NCBI GenBank assembly: GCA_049790415.1
Contig: JBAQYY010000042.1
Span: forward strand, 5,094-69,093
From: Candidatus Dormiibacterota bacterium
GTDB lineage: Bacteria > Chloroflexota > Dormibacteria > Aeolococcales > Bog-877
Direction of reading: 5' to 3'
Length of the DNA stretch: 64,000 nucleotides
In this document: positions 47,560 through 56,905 of the stretch, one piece after another
Layout: the number at the start of each line of letters is the position of its first letter
Numbering within the stretch: the first letter of the stretch is position 1
Notes under the pieces: model-generated
What the model was told of the DNA's origin: nothing
What the model saw: the letters and a program-made list of their open reading frames with translations, nothing else
Databases searched by the model: none
Translations under genes and position numbers: made by a program

Positions 47560-49107
47560 TTACGCCGCCTTCTCGAGGGAACCGGTGTTCATGACCTCGA
47601 GAATCTTCGACTGATTGAGAGAAGCCCCATCAAGCTCGGCGCAGATGCGATGGCGATAGAAGACCAGCACCCGGTCGCAGACGGTAGCCAGTTCGTCGAG
47701 GTCGGTGGAGCAGAGAATCACCACCGCCTGGCGTTCCAGTAGGCGCCGAAACAAGTTGTGCATCTCGGCCTTGGCCCCCACGTCAACCCCCCGGGTGGGG
47801 TCGTCCAAGAGCAGAACGGTGGGCTCAGACTCCAGCCACTTGGCGAAGACCAGCTTCTGCTGGTTGCCACCGGAAAGCATGGCCGCCATCTGGTTGGGTG
47901 AGCTCGCCCGGATCCCCAGCTCCTCCATCCAGCGCCGCGCCCGTCGTCGGAGCGACCGCCCCCCAACCAGGAAGCCGTCCCGAGCCAAAGCGAAGGACCG
48001 GACTTGGGCCATGTTCTCCCAGAGGGGCTTATCCAGCATCAGGCCCACCCGCCGGCGGTCGCCCGAGACCAGGGCCACCCCGCTGCTAATGCAGGAGCGA
48101 AGACCTCGCGGCAACGGCTTGCCCCCAGGCAGCCAGACCTGGCCGCGCTTGGCGACGCGACTACCACTGACGACCTCGAGCACTCCCAGCGGGCCGGATC
48201 CGGCGAGGCCCGCCAGGCCGACGATCTCGCCTGGAGCGACTTTGAAGCTGACGTCCTCGAGAGCGCCCGCAAGCGAGATCCCCTCCAACCGGAGCCCAGG
48301 ATCGGAGTGCCCAGGTGCCTCTGGGTTCGGCTCCGCCGAGGTACTGACCTCAGATGCAGCCGCAGCTGCCGGCTGGCTCAGTGTGCGCTGGTAGCGGTCG
48401 CCCAACATGGCGGCGACTAGGGTGCTCACGTCGATCTCCTCGCGGCGGGCCCCGGCGAGAGCCACCTGGCCATCCCTGAGAACCGTGAATTCATCACAGA
48501 GTCTCATTGCCTCTTCGAGGATGTGGGAGACGAAAACGACGGCGACGTTGCGTTCGCGAAGCGCCGCCAGGGCCGACATCAAGGCCTCGGTGCTGTCGGT
48601 CTGGAGTGCGGAGGTGGGTTCGTCCAGAATCAGCACCGAGGGGTTGCTGACCAGAGCCTTAGCGATCTCGACCAGCTGTCGCTGAGCAAGGTCGAGGTTA
48701 CCGAGGCGCTCCCGGAGCGACACCTGGAGTCCCAGCTCCGCCAGCACCGGTTCCGCCTGTTTGGCCATGGTGGCGCGATCGACGAGGGGTCCCCGGAGCG
48801 GCTCGCGCATGGGGTAGAGGTTGGCCAGGACGTCGAGGTCGGGAAAGAGGTTGAGCTCCTGGGAAACCATCGCCACCCCGTGGCGAGCTGCGTCGGCGGT
48901 GTTGGCGAAGGCGACGTCGGAGTCGTTGAGGCGCAGGACACCAGCGTCGGGTCGGACCGCTCCCGCGATGATCTTGACGAGGGTCGACTTACCCGCGCCG
49001 TTCTCACCTAGAAGAGCATGCGCCGATCCGGCCTTGACGACGAGGTCTGCTTCTCGGAGCGCGACCACGCCGCCGTAGCTCTTGCTGATGCCCCGCGCCT
49101 CAAACAT
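47560..49107 (-). CDS. Sugar-type (CUT2) ABC transporter ATP-binding protein, duplicated ABC domains
   Basis: From ATG 49107: Walker A GENGAGKST, the signature-region sequence LDLAQRQLVEIAKAL, Walker B ILDEPT, and a second degenerate ABC domain with LSGGNQQK. Confidence 0.85.
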   Translation of the reverse strand: MFEARGISKSYGGVVALREADLVVKAGSAHALLGENGAGKSTLVKIIAGAVRPDAGVLRLNDSDVAFANTADAARHGVAMVSQELNLFPDLDVLANLYPMREPLRGPLVDRATMAKQAEPVLAELGLQVSLRERLGNLDLAQRQLVEIAKALVSNPSVLILDEPTSALQTDSTEALMSALAALRERNVAVVFVSHILEEAMRLCDEFTVLRDGQVALAGARREEIDVSTLVAAMLGDRYQRTLSQPAAAAASEVSTSAEPNPEAPGHSDPGLRLEGISLAGALEDVSFKVAPGEIVGLAGLAGSGPLGVLEVVSGSRVAKRGQVWLPGGKPLPRGLRSCISSGVALVSGDRRRVGLMLDKPLWENMAQVRSFALARDGFLVGGRSLRRRARRWMEELGIRASSPNQMAAMLSGGNQQKLVFAKWLESEPTVLLLDDPTRGVDVGAKAEMHNLFRRLLERQAVVILCSTDLDELATVCDRVLVFYRHRICAELDGASLNQSKILEVMNTGSLEKAA

Positions 49108-49112
49108 TTCGG

Positions 49113-50219
49113 TTAGTTGATGTCCGCCAGTGGCTTGATGTACTTCTTGGGATGGGCCAACTCGTTGTTGACTTCCTTCTTGAACCAAGCCGCGCGTGTG
49201 GACGCGTTCTTCTGCCGGGCCTGGATCTCCTTGATGTTCTTCTTGGTCACCACCAGGTAGCCGGGATTCCACCAGCCGCTGGGAATCTTGGCGCCGTTGA
49301 GCGCGTGCTCGGCCAAGATGTGGACCGCGATATAGCCCTTGAGCCAGTGCTCGGGCGAGACCAGAACCTGGACCAGGCCAGACTTGATCCCCTGCAGGGC
49401 GACGGGATCGAGGTCGTCGGCACCGACAAGGTAGTGCTTGCCGGTCGTCCGCTCAATGTCCGCCATCGAAGTCGCGTCCTGGCTCCCCGGCCCGACGTAG
49501 GCGAGGGCTGTGGGATTGGCCGCGACGGCCGCTTGCCAAGCAGCGAGGTTGGTTGCCGGCGCCTGGGTCGAGTCAAAGTTGACGAAGGTGATGTTGGGCC
49601 GCTCCTTGTGGATGCGCTTGGTGAAGCCGTTGTTACGAGCCACCAGTGGAGGCAGTCCAGGGGTATCAGTTCCGATCACGATCGACCCCGTCGCGTTGGC
49701 GGGGATCTTGGGAAGGAGGGCGTTAGCCAGCGCCACTCCCAACGTGGTGTTGCTGTTGCCGACGTAGAACTTCACGTAGGGGCTGGGGATATAAGTATCA
49801 ACCTCGACCAAGGGAATGTGAGCCTTGCCCGCCTGCGTCAGTGGCTGTGCGAAGGAGCCCGGGACCAGGGTTTCCAGGGCAATGCCGTTTTTCGAAGTGG
49901 ACTCCGCGCTGGTGAACTCGGAGACCTGGGCGGTCGCATCGACCGGGGTGTCAGGCGCCAGCGAGGTCAGCGTGATTCCGGTGTTCTTGGCCGCCGCCTG
50001 GGCACCGAGGTACATCTCTTCGGCAAAGTCCTCAGCAGCGCCCGCGTAGAGGAATGCCAAGTGAATCGACGACGGCTTGACCTTGGCGGACGCACTGGCT
50101 GCGCCAACTGTCACCGAGGCCAGAGCGCTCCCAAGGATGACCGCGCCTCCGATCGCACCGGTAAGTAGCCGGTGTCGTGCCAGTCGCCCTCTGGCACCAG
50201 TCGCATCTGTTAAGCGCAT
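49113..50219 (-). CDS. ABC transporter periplasmic substrate-binding protein (type I PBP, ribose/xylose-like)
   Basis: From ATG 50219, preceded by GGGAGG. It has a signal peptide with a twin-Arg-like RGRLARHRLL and AxA cleavage (ASASA), followed by a Peripla_BP-like body. Confidence 0.75.
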   Translation of the reverse strand: MRLTDATGARGRLARHRLLTGAIGGAVILGSALASVTVGAASASAKVKPSSIHLAFLYAGAAEDFAEEMYLGAQAAAKNTGITLTSLAPDTPVDATAQVSEFTSAESTSKNGIALETLVPGSFAQPLTQAGKAHIPLVEVDTYIPSPYVKFYVGNSNTTLGVALANALLPKIPANATGSIVIGTDTPGLPPLVARNNGFTKRIHKERPNITFVNFDSTQAPATNLAAWQAAVAANPTALAYVGPGSQDATSMADIERTTGKHYLVGADDLDPVALQGIKSGLVQVLVSPEHWLKGYIAVHILAEHALNGAKIPSGWWNPGYLVVTKKNIKEIQARQKNASTRAAWFKKEVNNELAHPKKYIKPLADIN

Positions 50220-50345
50220 GAAATAGCCTCCCTTAGCTAATCGACTTGCCATGGCTGTATGGCCATTTGGCACCTTCTGACACGAACGCCGAGACGCCAA
50301 GCGTTTGCAGGTTGCGAGCTCCCGCCGGAGCCAGAACGGCCCCTT

Positions 50346-51437
50346 TCAAAGCCCGAGCTTCCGTTGTCGACGGCCACGTTGGTGACGCAGCAGGCTGTCG
50401 ATGGAAACCGCCACGATGATCACCGCACCCTCAGCGAATGAAGTCCAGTTGAGGGGCACGTTGAAGAAGACCAAGGCGCTGTTGACCATGCCCAGCAAGA
50501 TGGCTCCCACCACGGCGCCGATGACGGTGGCGTTGCCCCCCCGCAGCGAGGTGCCTCCGATCACCGCCGCAGCGATGGCGGTCAACTCGAAGTTCTGTCC
50601 GATCTCGGGGTCACCGGACTGGTAGAAGGCCAGCGCCAGCTCCCCGGCCAGGCCGGCCAGCAGGCCCATCATCACCAGGGCTTGCACGCGGACGCGCCGA
50701 ATTGAGATACCTGAGAAGGTGGCGGCGTCGGGATTAGAACCGATGGAGCGGACCCGATACCCGAAGGGCGTCAGTTTGAGCACCACGGTGAGCACGATGA
50801 CCATGACGATCAGTGCCCAAATGTCGAAGGGCACTCCCAGGACATCGCCGCCAACGATGTTGAAGAAGGAATTGTTGGTCGGGATACCGGTGATCTGTTC
50901 GCCTCCGGTCAGGGCGATGGCCATCCCGGTGTACATCGAGAGCGTGCCCAGGGTGGCCACGATGGCGGGTATGCCGATGAACTGCACGAGCAGGGCGTTG
51001 ACCAGCCCGAGCACCCCCCCCAGCCCGATTGCAATCAGCGCTGCCAGCCAGGGATTCATGCCTCCTTGATCTAGCATGGAGGCGACCACCAGGGTGAGGG
51101 CGAGCATGGCTCCCACGGAGAGGTCGATCTCCAGCATGGCCAGCAGAAAGGCCATGCCGGCGGCGAGGATGGCGATCCAGGTGGCCTGTTGAATCACCTG
51201 GATCAACTGGTTCGGGGACAGGAAAGAGGGGTGAATGATCCCCACCACCACGACCAGCACCACCAGGGCCACGAAGATGCCCGTGGAGTCGGCCTCGAAG
51301 AGGCGTCGGCCCAGGGTCCGCAACTGAGGCAGCGAGCCCAGGTCACGCTTAGGGCCCTTGGTGCCGACCGACCCCGCCTCGGAGCCCTCTTCGACCGCTT
51401 CCTTGCCTAGCTGACCTTCCGCGCTGGTATCGGTCAT
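50346..51437 (-). CDS. ABC transporter permease (RbsC/XylH family)
   Basis: 363 aa with about 9-10 TM helices and typical blocks (IDLSVGAMLAL, GGTSLRGG). Confidence 0.8.
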   Translation of the reverse strand: MTDTSAEGQLGKEAVEEGSEAGSVGTKGPKRDLGSLPQLRTLGRRLFEADSTGIFVALVVLVVVVGIIHPSFLSPNQLIQVIQQATWIAILAAGMAFLLAMLEIDLSVGAMLALTLVVASMLDQGGMNPWLAALIAIGLGGVLGLVNALLVQFIGIPAIVATLGTLSMYTGMAIALTGGEQITGIPTNNSFFNIVGGDVLGVPFDIWALIVMVIVLTVVLKLTPFGYRVRSIGSNPDAATFSGISIRRVRVQALVMMGLLAGLAGELALAFYQSGDPEIGQNFELTAIAAAVIGGTSLRGGNATVIGAVVGAILLGMVNSALVFFNVPLNWTSFAEGAVIIVAVSIDSLLRHQRGRRQRKLGL

Positions 51438-51506
51438 CGCCAGGTCCCCACCGGAGTGGGCTGAGACTGCCGCCCTAGCCGAGACTCAGGAGACGTGTTG
51501 CGTCTT

Positions 51507-51521
51507 GTACGCATAGCGTAC
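51507..51521. promoter_or_regulatory. Perfect palindrome in the ABC-operon / cupin divergent region
   Basis: GTACGC-ata-GCGTAC lies in an unusually AT-rich intergenic stretch. A second palindrome, TCACCC-tatc-GGGTGA, is at 51602-51617. Confidence 0.3.
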
Positions 51522-51722
51522 GAATGACCTCATCACGAACAGCGGATGTTATGCCGTCCTGGATCTGCTGTCAACGTAATTCTTCATCTCCGAAGTCACG
51601 GTCACCCTATCGGGTGATGCTCTCGAGTCGGGGCCCCTGGCGGCCACCTGGCTGAGGAGCTCTCGGACGCCGGACTCTGGGTATCATCGCTCGGCGGCAG
51701 AGCGGCCAATTCTGGAGGTTGG

Positions 51723-52172
51723 ATGGAGCTGGGGCGAGCGGTCCTCTTTCAGCCCGGAGAGGGGGAGCGGCTCGAGGCGCGAGGAAGTGTGATGTTCTTC
51801 AAGGCCGTCTCCGCCACTACCCAGGGACGGCTCTCGCTGATGGAGAGGACCCTCCCGCCGGGCGGTCGAATGCCACCAGCGCATGCTCACACCGAGACCG
51901 AGGAGGCCTACTTCGTCCTCGATGGGGAAGTCACCTTTCACGTCGATGGATACGAGGTCAAAGGCGAGCACGGCTGCTTCGTCCTGGTCCCTGGCGGCGT
52001 GCCACACACGTTCGGCAACGCCAGCGCCAAGGCTGCCCGCCTGTTGGTCATCCATGCCCCCGGCTTGGACTCCTACTTTCGCGAACTCCAGTCGCTCTGG
52101 GCCGGCGCTCAGGCTCCCGAGCTGGCGGCCGAACGAGAGCTGATGGCGCGTCACGGGATGACGCCTGCCTGA
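51723..52172 (+). CDS. Cupin-domain protein
   Basis: 149 aa. The cupin metal motifs are PPAHAHTETEEAYFVLDGE (motif 1) and G.FVLVPGGVPH.F (motif 2). GGAGG precedes the ATG. Confidence 0.7.
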   Translation: MELGRAVLFQPGEGERLEARGSVMFFKAVSATTQGRLSLMERTLPPGGRMPPAHAHTETEEAYFVLDGEVTFHVDGYEVKGEHGCFVLVPGGVPHTFGNASAKAARLLVIHAPGLDSYFRELQSLWAGAQAPELAAERELMARHGMTPA

Positions 52173-53323
52173 AGCGCGCCGTGTCGGCCGGTCAAGAGGA
52201 TGCAGATCACCCCACCGGAGATGCCCAGGGCAGCGATCAGGATGGCCATCAGCAGGGCGCTCCGACCGCCCGACAGACCCACCAACGGTGCGACGGCGCC
52301 CCCGATCAGGAATTGGGCCAACCCCAGCGCTCCCGAAGCGGCGCCGGCGTTATCACCGTGATCTGCTAGGGCCAAGGACATGGTGGTTGGCATCACCAGG
52401 CCGACGCTGGAGACGACCAGAAAGAGACCGGGGAGTAGGGCCGGGAGGCCGAGATGGAGCAGCACGCTGACGAGAACGACGATGCCTCCGAGCGCCGATT
52501 CGGTCAGACCCGCTGCCAGCAGTCGGCGTAAGGGGACGCGCCCCGCCAGCAAAGAGGCGACTCGGCTGGCGGCCATGATCCCGACCGCGTTGAGAGCGAA
52601 TAGGCCGCTGAACAGTTGCGGTGTTAGGCCATAGATTTCCTGGAGAACGTAGGCAGAGCCGGAGATGTAGGCGAACATCGCCCCCAGCACGAAGCCGTTG
52701 GCCAAGGTGTACCCGACGAAGACGCGGTCGCCCGCCAGGCGCCGCATCACGGCCAGGCTCGCTGACAAACCGCCACGCCGGCGCCGGGAAGGCGGCAGTG
52801 TCTCGGTCTGCCGAACGGCCAGCACGCTGAGCACGACCCCAACCGCCGCGAGTGCCAGGAAGATGCCCCGCCAACTGGTTATGCGGAGCACTTGGGCCCC
52901 GAAGACGGGTGCCACCACCGGGGCCACCCCGTTGACCAGGGTCAGCAAGGCGAAATAGTGGGCAATCGCCGATCCGGAGAATCGGTCGCGGATGATGGCT
53001 CGGGCGATCACGATCCCGGCCGCCCCGGTGAAGCCCTGGATGGCTCGCAGGATGATCAGCACCTCGACCGACGGTGCGGCGGCACAAAGCCCCGACGCGA
53101 TCGTGAAGAGGACCATGCCCACCACCAGTGGGGGCCGGCGGCCGAGGGCGTCGCTGAGGGGCCCCGCCACCAGCTGACCTGCGGCCAGCCCGAAGAGACA
53201 GGCGGTGATGGTGACCTGGACCAGGGAGGCGTTGCTGTGCAGCTCCCGGGTCAGGAAGGGGAGACCGGGGAGATAGGCGTCGATGCAGAGGGGTCCGATG
53301 GCTGTGAGTGCACCGAGCGCCAC
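52151..53323 (-). CDS. MFS transporter, Bcr/CflA drug-resistance subfamily
   Basis: LGALTAIGPLCIDAYLPGLP and LSDALGRRP are Bcr/CflA hallmarks, with 12 TM helices. The in-frame upstream codons (HLGLLVALG) look like part of TM1, so the real start may be a non-canonical codon upstream of GTG 53323. Confidence 0.8.
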   Translation of the reverse strand: MALGALTAIGPLCIDAYLPGLPFLTRELHSNASLVQVTITACLFGLAAGQLVAGPLSDALGRRPPLVVGMVLFTIASGLCAAAPSVEVLIILRAIQGFTGAAGIVIARAIIRDRFSGSAIAHYFALLTLVNGVAPVVAPVFGAQVLRITSWRGIFLALAAVGVVLSVLAVRQTETLPPSRRRRGGLSASLAVMRRLAGDRVFVGYTLANGFVLGAMFAYISGSAYVLQEIYGLTPQLFSGLFALNAVGIMAASRVASLLAGRVPLRRLLAAGLTESALGGIVVLVSVLLHLGLPALLPGLFLVVSSVGLVMPTTMSLALADHGDNAGAASGALGLAQFLIGGAVAPLVGLSGGRSALLMAILIAALGISGGVICILLTGRHGALQAGVIP

Positions 53324-53358
53324 CAGGAGGCCCAGGTGCCGCTGCGTCGGAGCTGGAC

Positions 53359-54231
53359 TCAGCGCGCCGAGGTCGCCCGGTATCGGGGAGTTTGCAGATC
53401 CGATTCGATCTCCCGCGCGGTGGTCTGGAGCTGGGGCAGGATGTCAGTGAGCATCGCCTCGACGGTCACCGAGGTGACGTGCGCCGAGACGTTCATGGCA
53501 GCGATCACCGCGCCTCGGCCGTCGCGGATCGGAACCGCCACCGAGCGCAGGCCTAGTTCCAGTTCCTGGTCGACGGTGGCATACCCCTGCTGACGGATCT
53601 CGTCGAGCACTTCTCGGAGTCGAATCTCGTCGACGATGGTGTTTGGCGTCAGCGGTTGGAACTGCACCTCGGCGAGGTAGTCGTCTAGTTCGCGCTGACC
53701 GAGACCAGCCAGGAGGACCCGTCCCATCGAGGCGGCGTACGCCGGGAAACGCGTACCCAGGGCGATGCTCACGCTCATGATGCGACGGCTCGGTGCCCGA
53801 ACCACGTAGACGATGTCCATTCCATCGAGCACCGAGATCGAGGCCGATTCGTGGACCCGGGCTCCCAGCTCCTCCAGGTGGGGCTGGGCGACCTCCGACA
53901 GTCCCAGTGCGGACAGGTAGGCATAGCCCAACTCCAGCACCCGAGGTCGGAGCGAGAAGTAGCGTCCCTCGCTGCGGGCATAACCGAGCTGAACCAGGGT
54001 GAGCAGGAAGCGTCGGGCGGCCGCCCGGGTCAGACCCGTGGCCTTGGCCACCTCGCTCAGGGTGAGCTGCGGGCGTTCTGCCCCGAACGCCCGAATCACG
54101 GCTAGACCACGCTCTAGGGACTGAACAAAGTCCGGGCTGCGACCATCTGCCCCGTCGAGCAGGTGCGGGCTGCCGCCTCTGTCCGGCTCGTCCTCGACTG
54201 CAGTCCGTGAGCCGCTGACTACCGATGTCAA
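53359..54231 (-). CDS. IclR-family transcriptional regulator (PcaR/PobR-like)
   Basis: N-terminal wHTH VQSLERGLAVIRAF....LTLSEVAKATGLTRAAARRFLLTLVQLGY plus a C-terminal IclR effector domain. It sits between two aromatic-catabolic gene sets. Confidence 0.8.
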   Translation of the reverse strand: MTSVVSGSRTAVEDEPDRGGSPHLLDGADGRSPDFVQSLERGLAVIRAFGAERPQLTLSEVAKATGLTRAAARRFLLTLVQLGYARSEGRYFSLRPRVLELGYAYLSALGLSEVAQPHLEELGARVHESASISVLDGMDIVYVVRAPSRRIMSVSIALGTRFPAYAASMGRVLLAGLGQRELDDYLAEVQFQPLTPNTIVDEIRLREVLDEIRQQGYATVDQELELGLRSVAVPIRDGRGAVIAAMNVSAHVTSVTVEAMLTDILPQLQTTAREIESDLQTPRYRATSAR

Positions 54232-54504
54232 CTGGAGAGTACCTCCGGGCGCGTTCCGCCGAACCGATCCCTCTTCCTAGTATGCGTTCTGTCCGGAGCT
54301 CGCACGAGCCGGCCGAGCACTACTGCAATCCAGTGCTCCGCCGTTCCAGGGAACCGCGCGTGGCACGCGCGCGCGAGAGCAGCGGTGACATTGGAGCCAG
54401 ACGTTGTCGTCCCTCGTCACGGGCTTCCCGCCTGGCTAGAATTGTGCCCCCGAGCGGCCCGTCTGCTACGCCGCAGCTTCCAAAGGACTTTCCGGTAGGG
54501 AGGA

Positions 54505-55455
54505 ATGGCGATCGCTGATCCCATGCTGCAGAGCCTTGAACCGAGCGCGTGGGCGCGGCAGTTGGTGGTCGGCGCGTACGACCTCCATGTACACGTAGCA
54601 CCTGACGTCATGGCGCGTCGCATTGACGACATCTCTCTGGCCCGCCGCTCAGTAGAGCTCGGTCTGGCCGGGTTTGCGCTCAAGTCCCATTACGTCTCCA
54701 CCGCCGAACGCGCCGCCGTCGTCAACGCCGCAGTTCCCGGCGTCAATGCGCTCGGTGCACTCACGCTGAACGCCGCGGTAGGCGGTCTTAATCCCATGGC
54801 GGTTGAGATTGCCGCGCGGGAGGGAGCCCGCATCGTCTGGATGCCGACGGTCGACGCGCGGAACCACCGCGCCAAGAGAGACGTAATGCCCGAGGGAGCT
54901 AGCCCGCCGATGTGGCTGGCTCTTCAGGAGGAGCTCGATCAGAAGGGTGTGACCGTTCCCCCGGTGGAGGTGGTCGACGAGCGGGGCTGGCTCGTGCCCC
55001 AGGCCCGTCCGGTGCTGGCCCTGGTCGCGGAGCACGACATGGTGCTCGCCACCGGCCACCTCAGCGGAGAAGAGATGAAGGTGGTCATTGAAGCGGCTCG
55101 GGAGGCGGGGGTACGTCGCATCATCGCGACTCACCCCGAGTTTCCGCTCGAGGACATGTCCAGCGACGAGCAGCGCGGCTTGTTAGCCGAAGGGGTTTTT
55201 CTGGAGCGCTGCTTCACCACGCCCTTCACCGGCAAGTGCGACTGGTCCCGGATGGTCGACAACATCAAAGCCACCGGACCCGCCAACAGCATCGTGACCA
55301 GCGACCTCGGCCAACCGCATAATCCTCCCGTGGAGGACGGTTTGGCCCTCATGGCTGATGCCCTCCGAGCCGCTGGATTCGACGATTCCGAGATCACCGC
55401 CATGATTGTCACCAACAGTCGAAAATTGGCCGGAGCAGAGGAATTAGGGGCATGA
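54505..55455 (+). CDS. Metal-dependent TIM-barrel hydrolase-like protein (amidohydrolase/PHP-related, DUF6282-like)
   Basis: N-terminal HxH metal motif (YDLHVHVAPD) with later His/Asp positions (KSHY, ATGH, ATHPEF, TSDLG) spaced as in amidohydrolase-type barrels. The family assignment is tentative. Confidence 0.45.
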   Translation: MAIADPMLQSLEPSAWARQLVVGAYDLHVHVAPDVMARRIDDISLARRSVELGLAGFALKSHYVSTAERAAVVNAAVPGVNALGALTLNAAVGGLNPMAVEIAAREGARIVWMPTVDARNHRAKRDVMPEGASPPMWLALQEELDQKGVTVPPVEVVDERGWLVPQARPVLALVAEHDMVLATGHLSGEEMKVVIEAAREAGVRRIIATHPEFPLEDMSSDEQRGLLAEGVFLERCFTTPFTGKCDWSRMVDNIKATGPANSIVTSDLGQPHNPPVEDGLALMADALRAAGFDDSEITAMIVTNSRKLAGAEELGA

Positions 55456-56180
55456 GCGAGACTTTTCCCAGCCCGGTTCTGGTGGTCAGTGCTCACGCCG
55501 CCGACTTTGTCTGGAGATCAGCCGGATACATCGCCCGCAGCACCGCCAGCGGCGGACAGGTCCACGTTGTCTGTCTCTCCTTCGGTGAGCGCGGCGAGTC
55601 CCAGGGCGCCTGGCGCCAGCCCGGCATGACCCTGGAGAAGGTGAAGGAGATTCGCCGCAGGGAGGCGGAGCGAGCGGGCGCTGTTCTGGGGGCCCAGGTG
55701 GCGTTTTTCGATCAGGGGGACTACCCGCTTCCCGACAACGACGAGATCCTCAATCTGCTGGTCGAGGCGCTCCGCACCGTGCAACCGGCGGTTATCCTGA
55801 CCCACTCCCAGGTCGATCCCTATAACTACGACCATCCGCGGGCAGCCGACTTGACCCTCCGTGCTCGCATGGTCGCTCAAGCAGTCGGCTATCCGTCGGC
55901 GCAACCGCCGCTAGGAGCGCCGCCGGTCTTTCGCTTCGAGCCTCATCAGCCCGAGATGTGCGATTTTCGGCCAGACGTTTTGGTCGACATCACCTCCGTC
56001 ATGGAGCGCAAGGAGGAAGCCATGGCGGCGATGGGCTCGCAGGAACACATGCCCGAGTACTATCGGGATTTGGCCAAGCGCCGCGCGGTGCAAGCGGTCC
56101 GCAACGGTGGCTCCAAGAGCATCAAGTTCGCCGAGGCCTACCAGCGCGTCTTCCCCCAGGTCAGTGAGGTGTTGCGGTGA
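55452..56180 (+). CDS. PIG-L/LmbE-family zinc enzyme, GalB (4-oxalomesaconate hydratase)-like
   Basis: VLVVSAHAADFVWRSAGYIA....G..VHVVCLSFGERGES matches the LmbE fold with the AHxxD variant seen in GalB-type hydratases. The gene is translationally coupled to the downstream RraA-like aldolase. Confidence 0.6.
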   Translation: MSETFPSPVLVVSAHAADFVWRSAGYIARSTASGGQVHVVCLSFGERGESQGAWRQPGMTLEKVKEIRRREAERAGAVLGAQVAFFDQGDYPLPDNDEILNLLVEALRTVQPAVILTHSQVDPYNYDHPRAADLTLRARMVAQAVGYPSAQPPLGAPPVFRFEPHQPEMCDFRPDVLVDITSVMERKEEAMAAMGSQEHMPEYYRDLAKRRAVQAVRNGGSKSIKFAEAYQRVFPQVSEVLR

Positions 56181-56875
56181 ATCCGCGGGTTGTGGTAGGA
56201 CCGTTGCGAGCCTCCGCCGACGTGACCAAAACCCTTGCTGATTGCGGAGTTGCGACAGTCCACGAAGCCCTCGGGCGGAGCGGTTTGCTGGGCCACCGGT
56301 TGCGTCCCCTCTGGCCGGGAGCGCGGGTAGGGGGAACCGCGATCACTGTGCTATGCGCTCCCGGTGACAACCTAATGATCCACGTCGCCATCGAGCAGGC
56401 CCAAGCCGGCGACATCTTAGTGATCACCACAACTTCTCCCAGCCAGGACGGGTTCATCGGCGAGTTGCTGGTCACCTCGATGGTGGTGCACGGAGTTGTG
56501 GGGGTGGTTACTACCACCGGCATTCGCGATACCGCTGAGATTCGAAAGATGCAGTTTCCCATCTGGTCGCAGAGCATCAGTGCCCAAGGTACGGTCAAGG
56601 CCACCGCCGGTTCGGTGAACCTACCCATTGCCATCGCGGGCACGCTTGTTGAGCCGGGCGATGTTGTGGTGGCCGACGACGATGGCGTCGTCTGCGTGCC
56701 CCGGCGGGACGCCGAGCCAACCGCGGCGGCCGCCCTGCAGCGAATCGAGAAGGAGGCGCAAGTAAGGGAGATTCTGAGGTCGGGCAAGCTCGGTCTGGAT
56801 CACTACGGGATGCGCCCTTTATTGGAGCGCCTGGGGGTGACCTATGTGCCCGCCGGCGACGAGAGCGAGAGCTGA
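56177..56875 (+). CDS. RraA-fold 4-carboxy-4-hydroxy-2-oxoadipate / HMG aldolase (LigK/GalC-like)
   Basis: RraA/class II aldolase pattern: VHEALGRSGL...G.A.TV....GDNLMIH.AIE.A..GD(I/V)LV....GELL...... followed by DDDGVV. Confidence 0.75.
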   Translation: MNPRVVVGPLRASADVTKTLADCGVATVHEALGRSGLLGHRLRPLWPGARVGGTAITVLCAPGDNLMIHVAIEQAQAGDILVITTTSPSQDGFIGELLVTSMVVHGVVGVVTTTGIRDTAEIRKMQFPIWSQSISAQGTVKATAGSVNLPIAIAGTLVEPGDVVVADDDGVVCVPRRDAEPTAAAALQRIEKEAQVREILRSGKLGLDHYGMRPLLERLGVTYVPAGDESES

Positions 56876-56905
56876 TATGGGCCAGCCTGAGGGCGGCTGA
56901 GGCGG

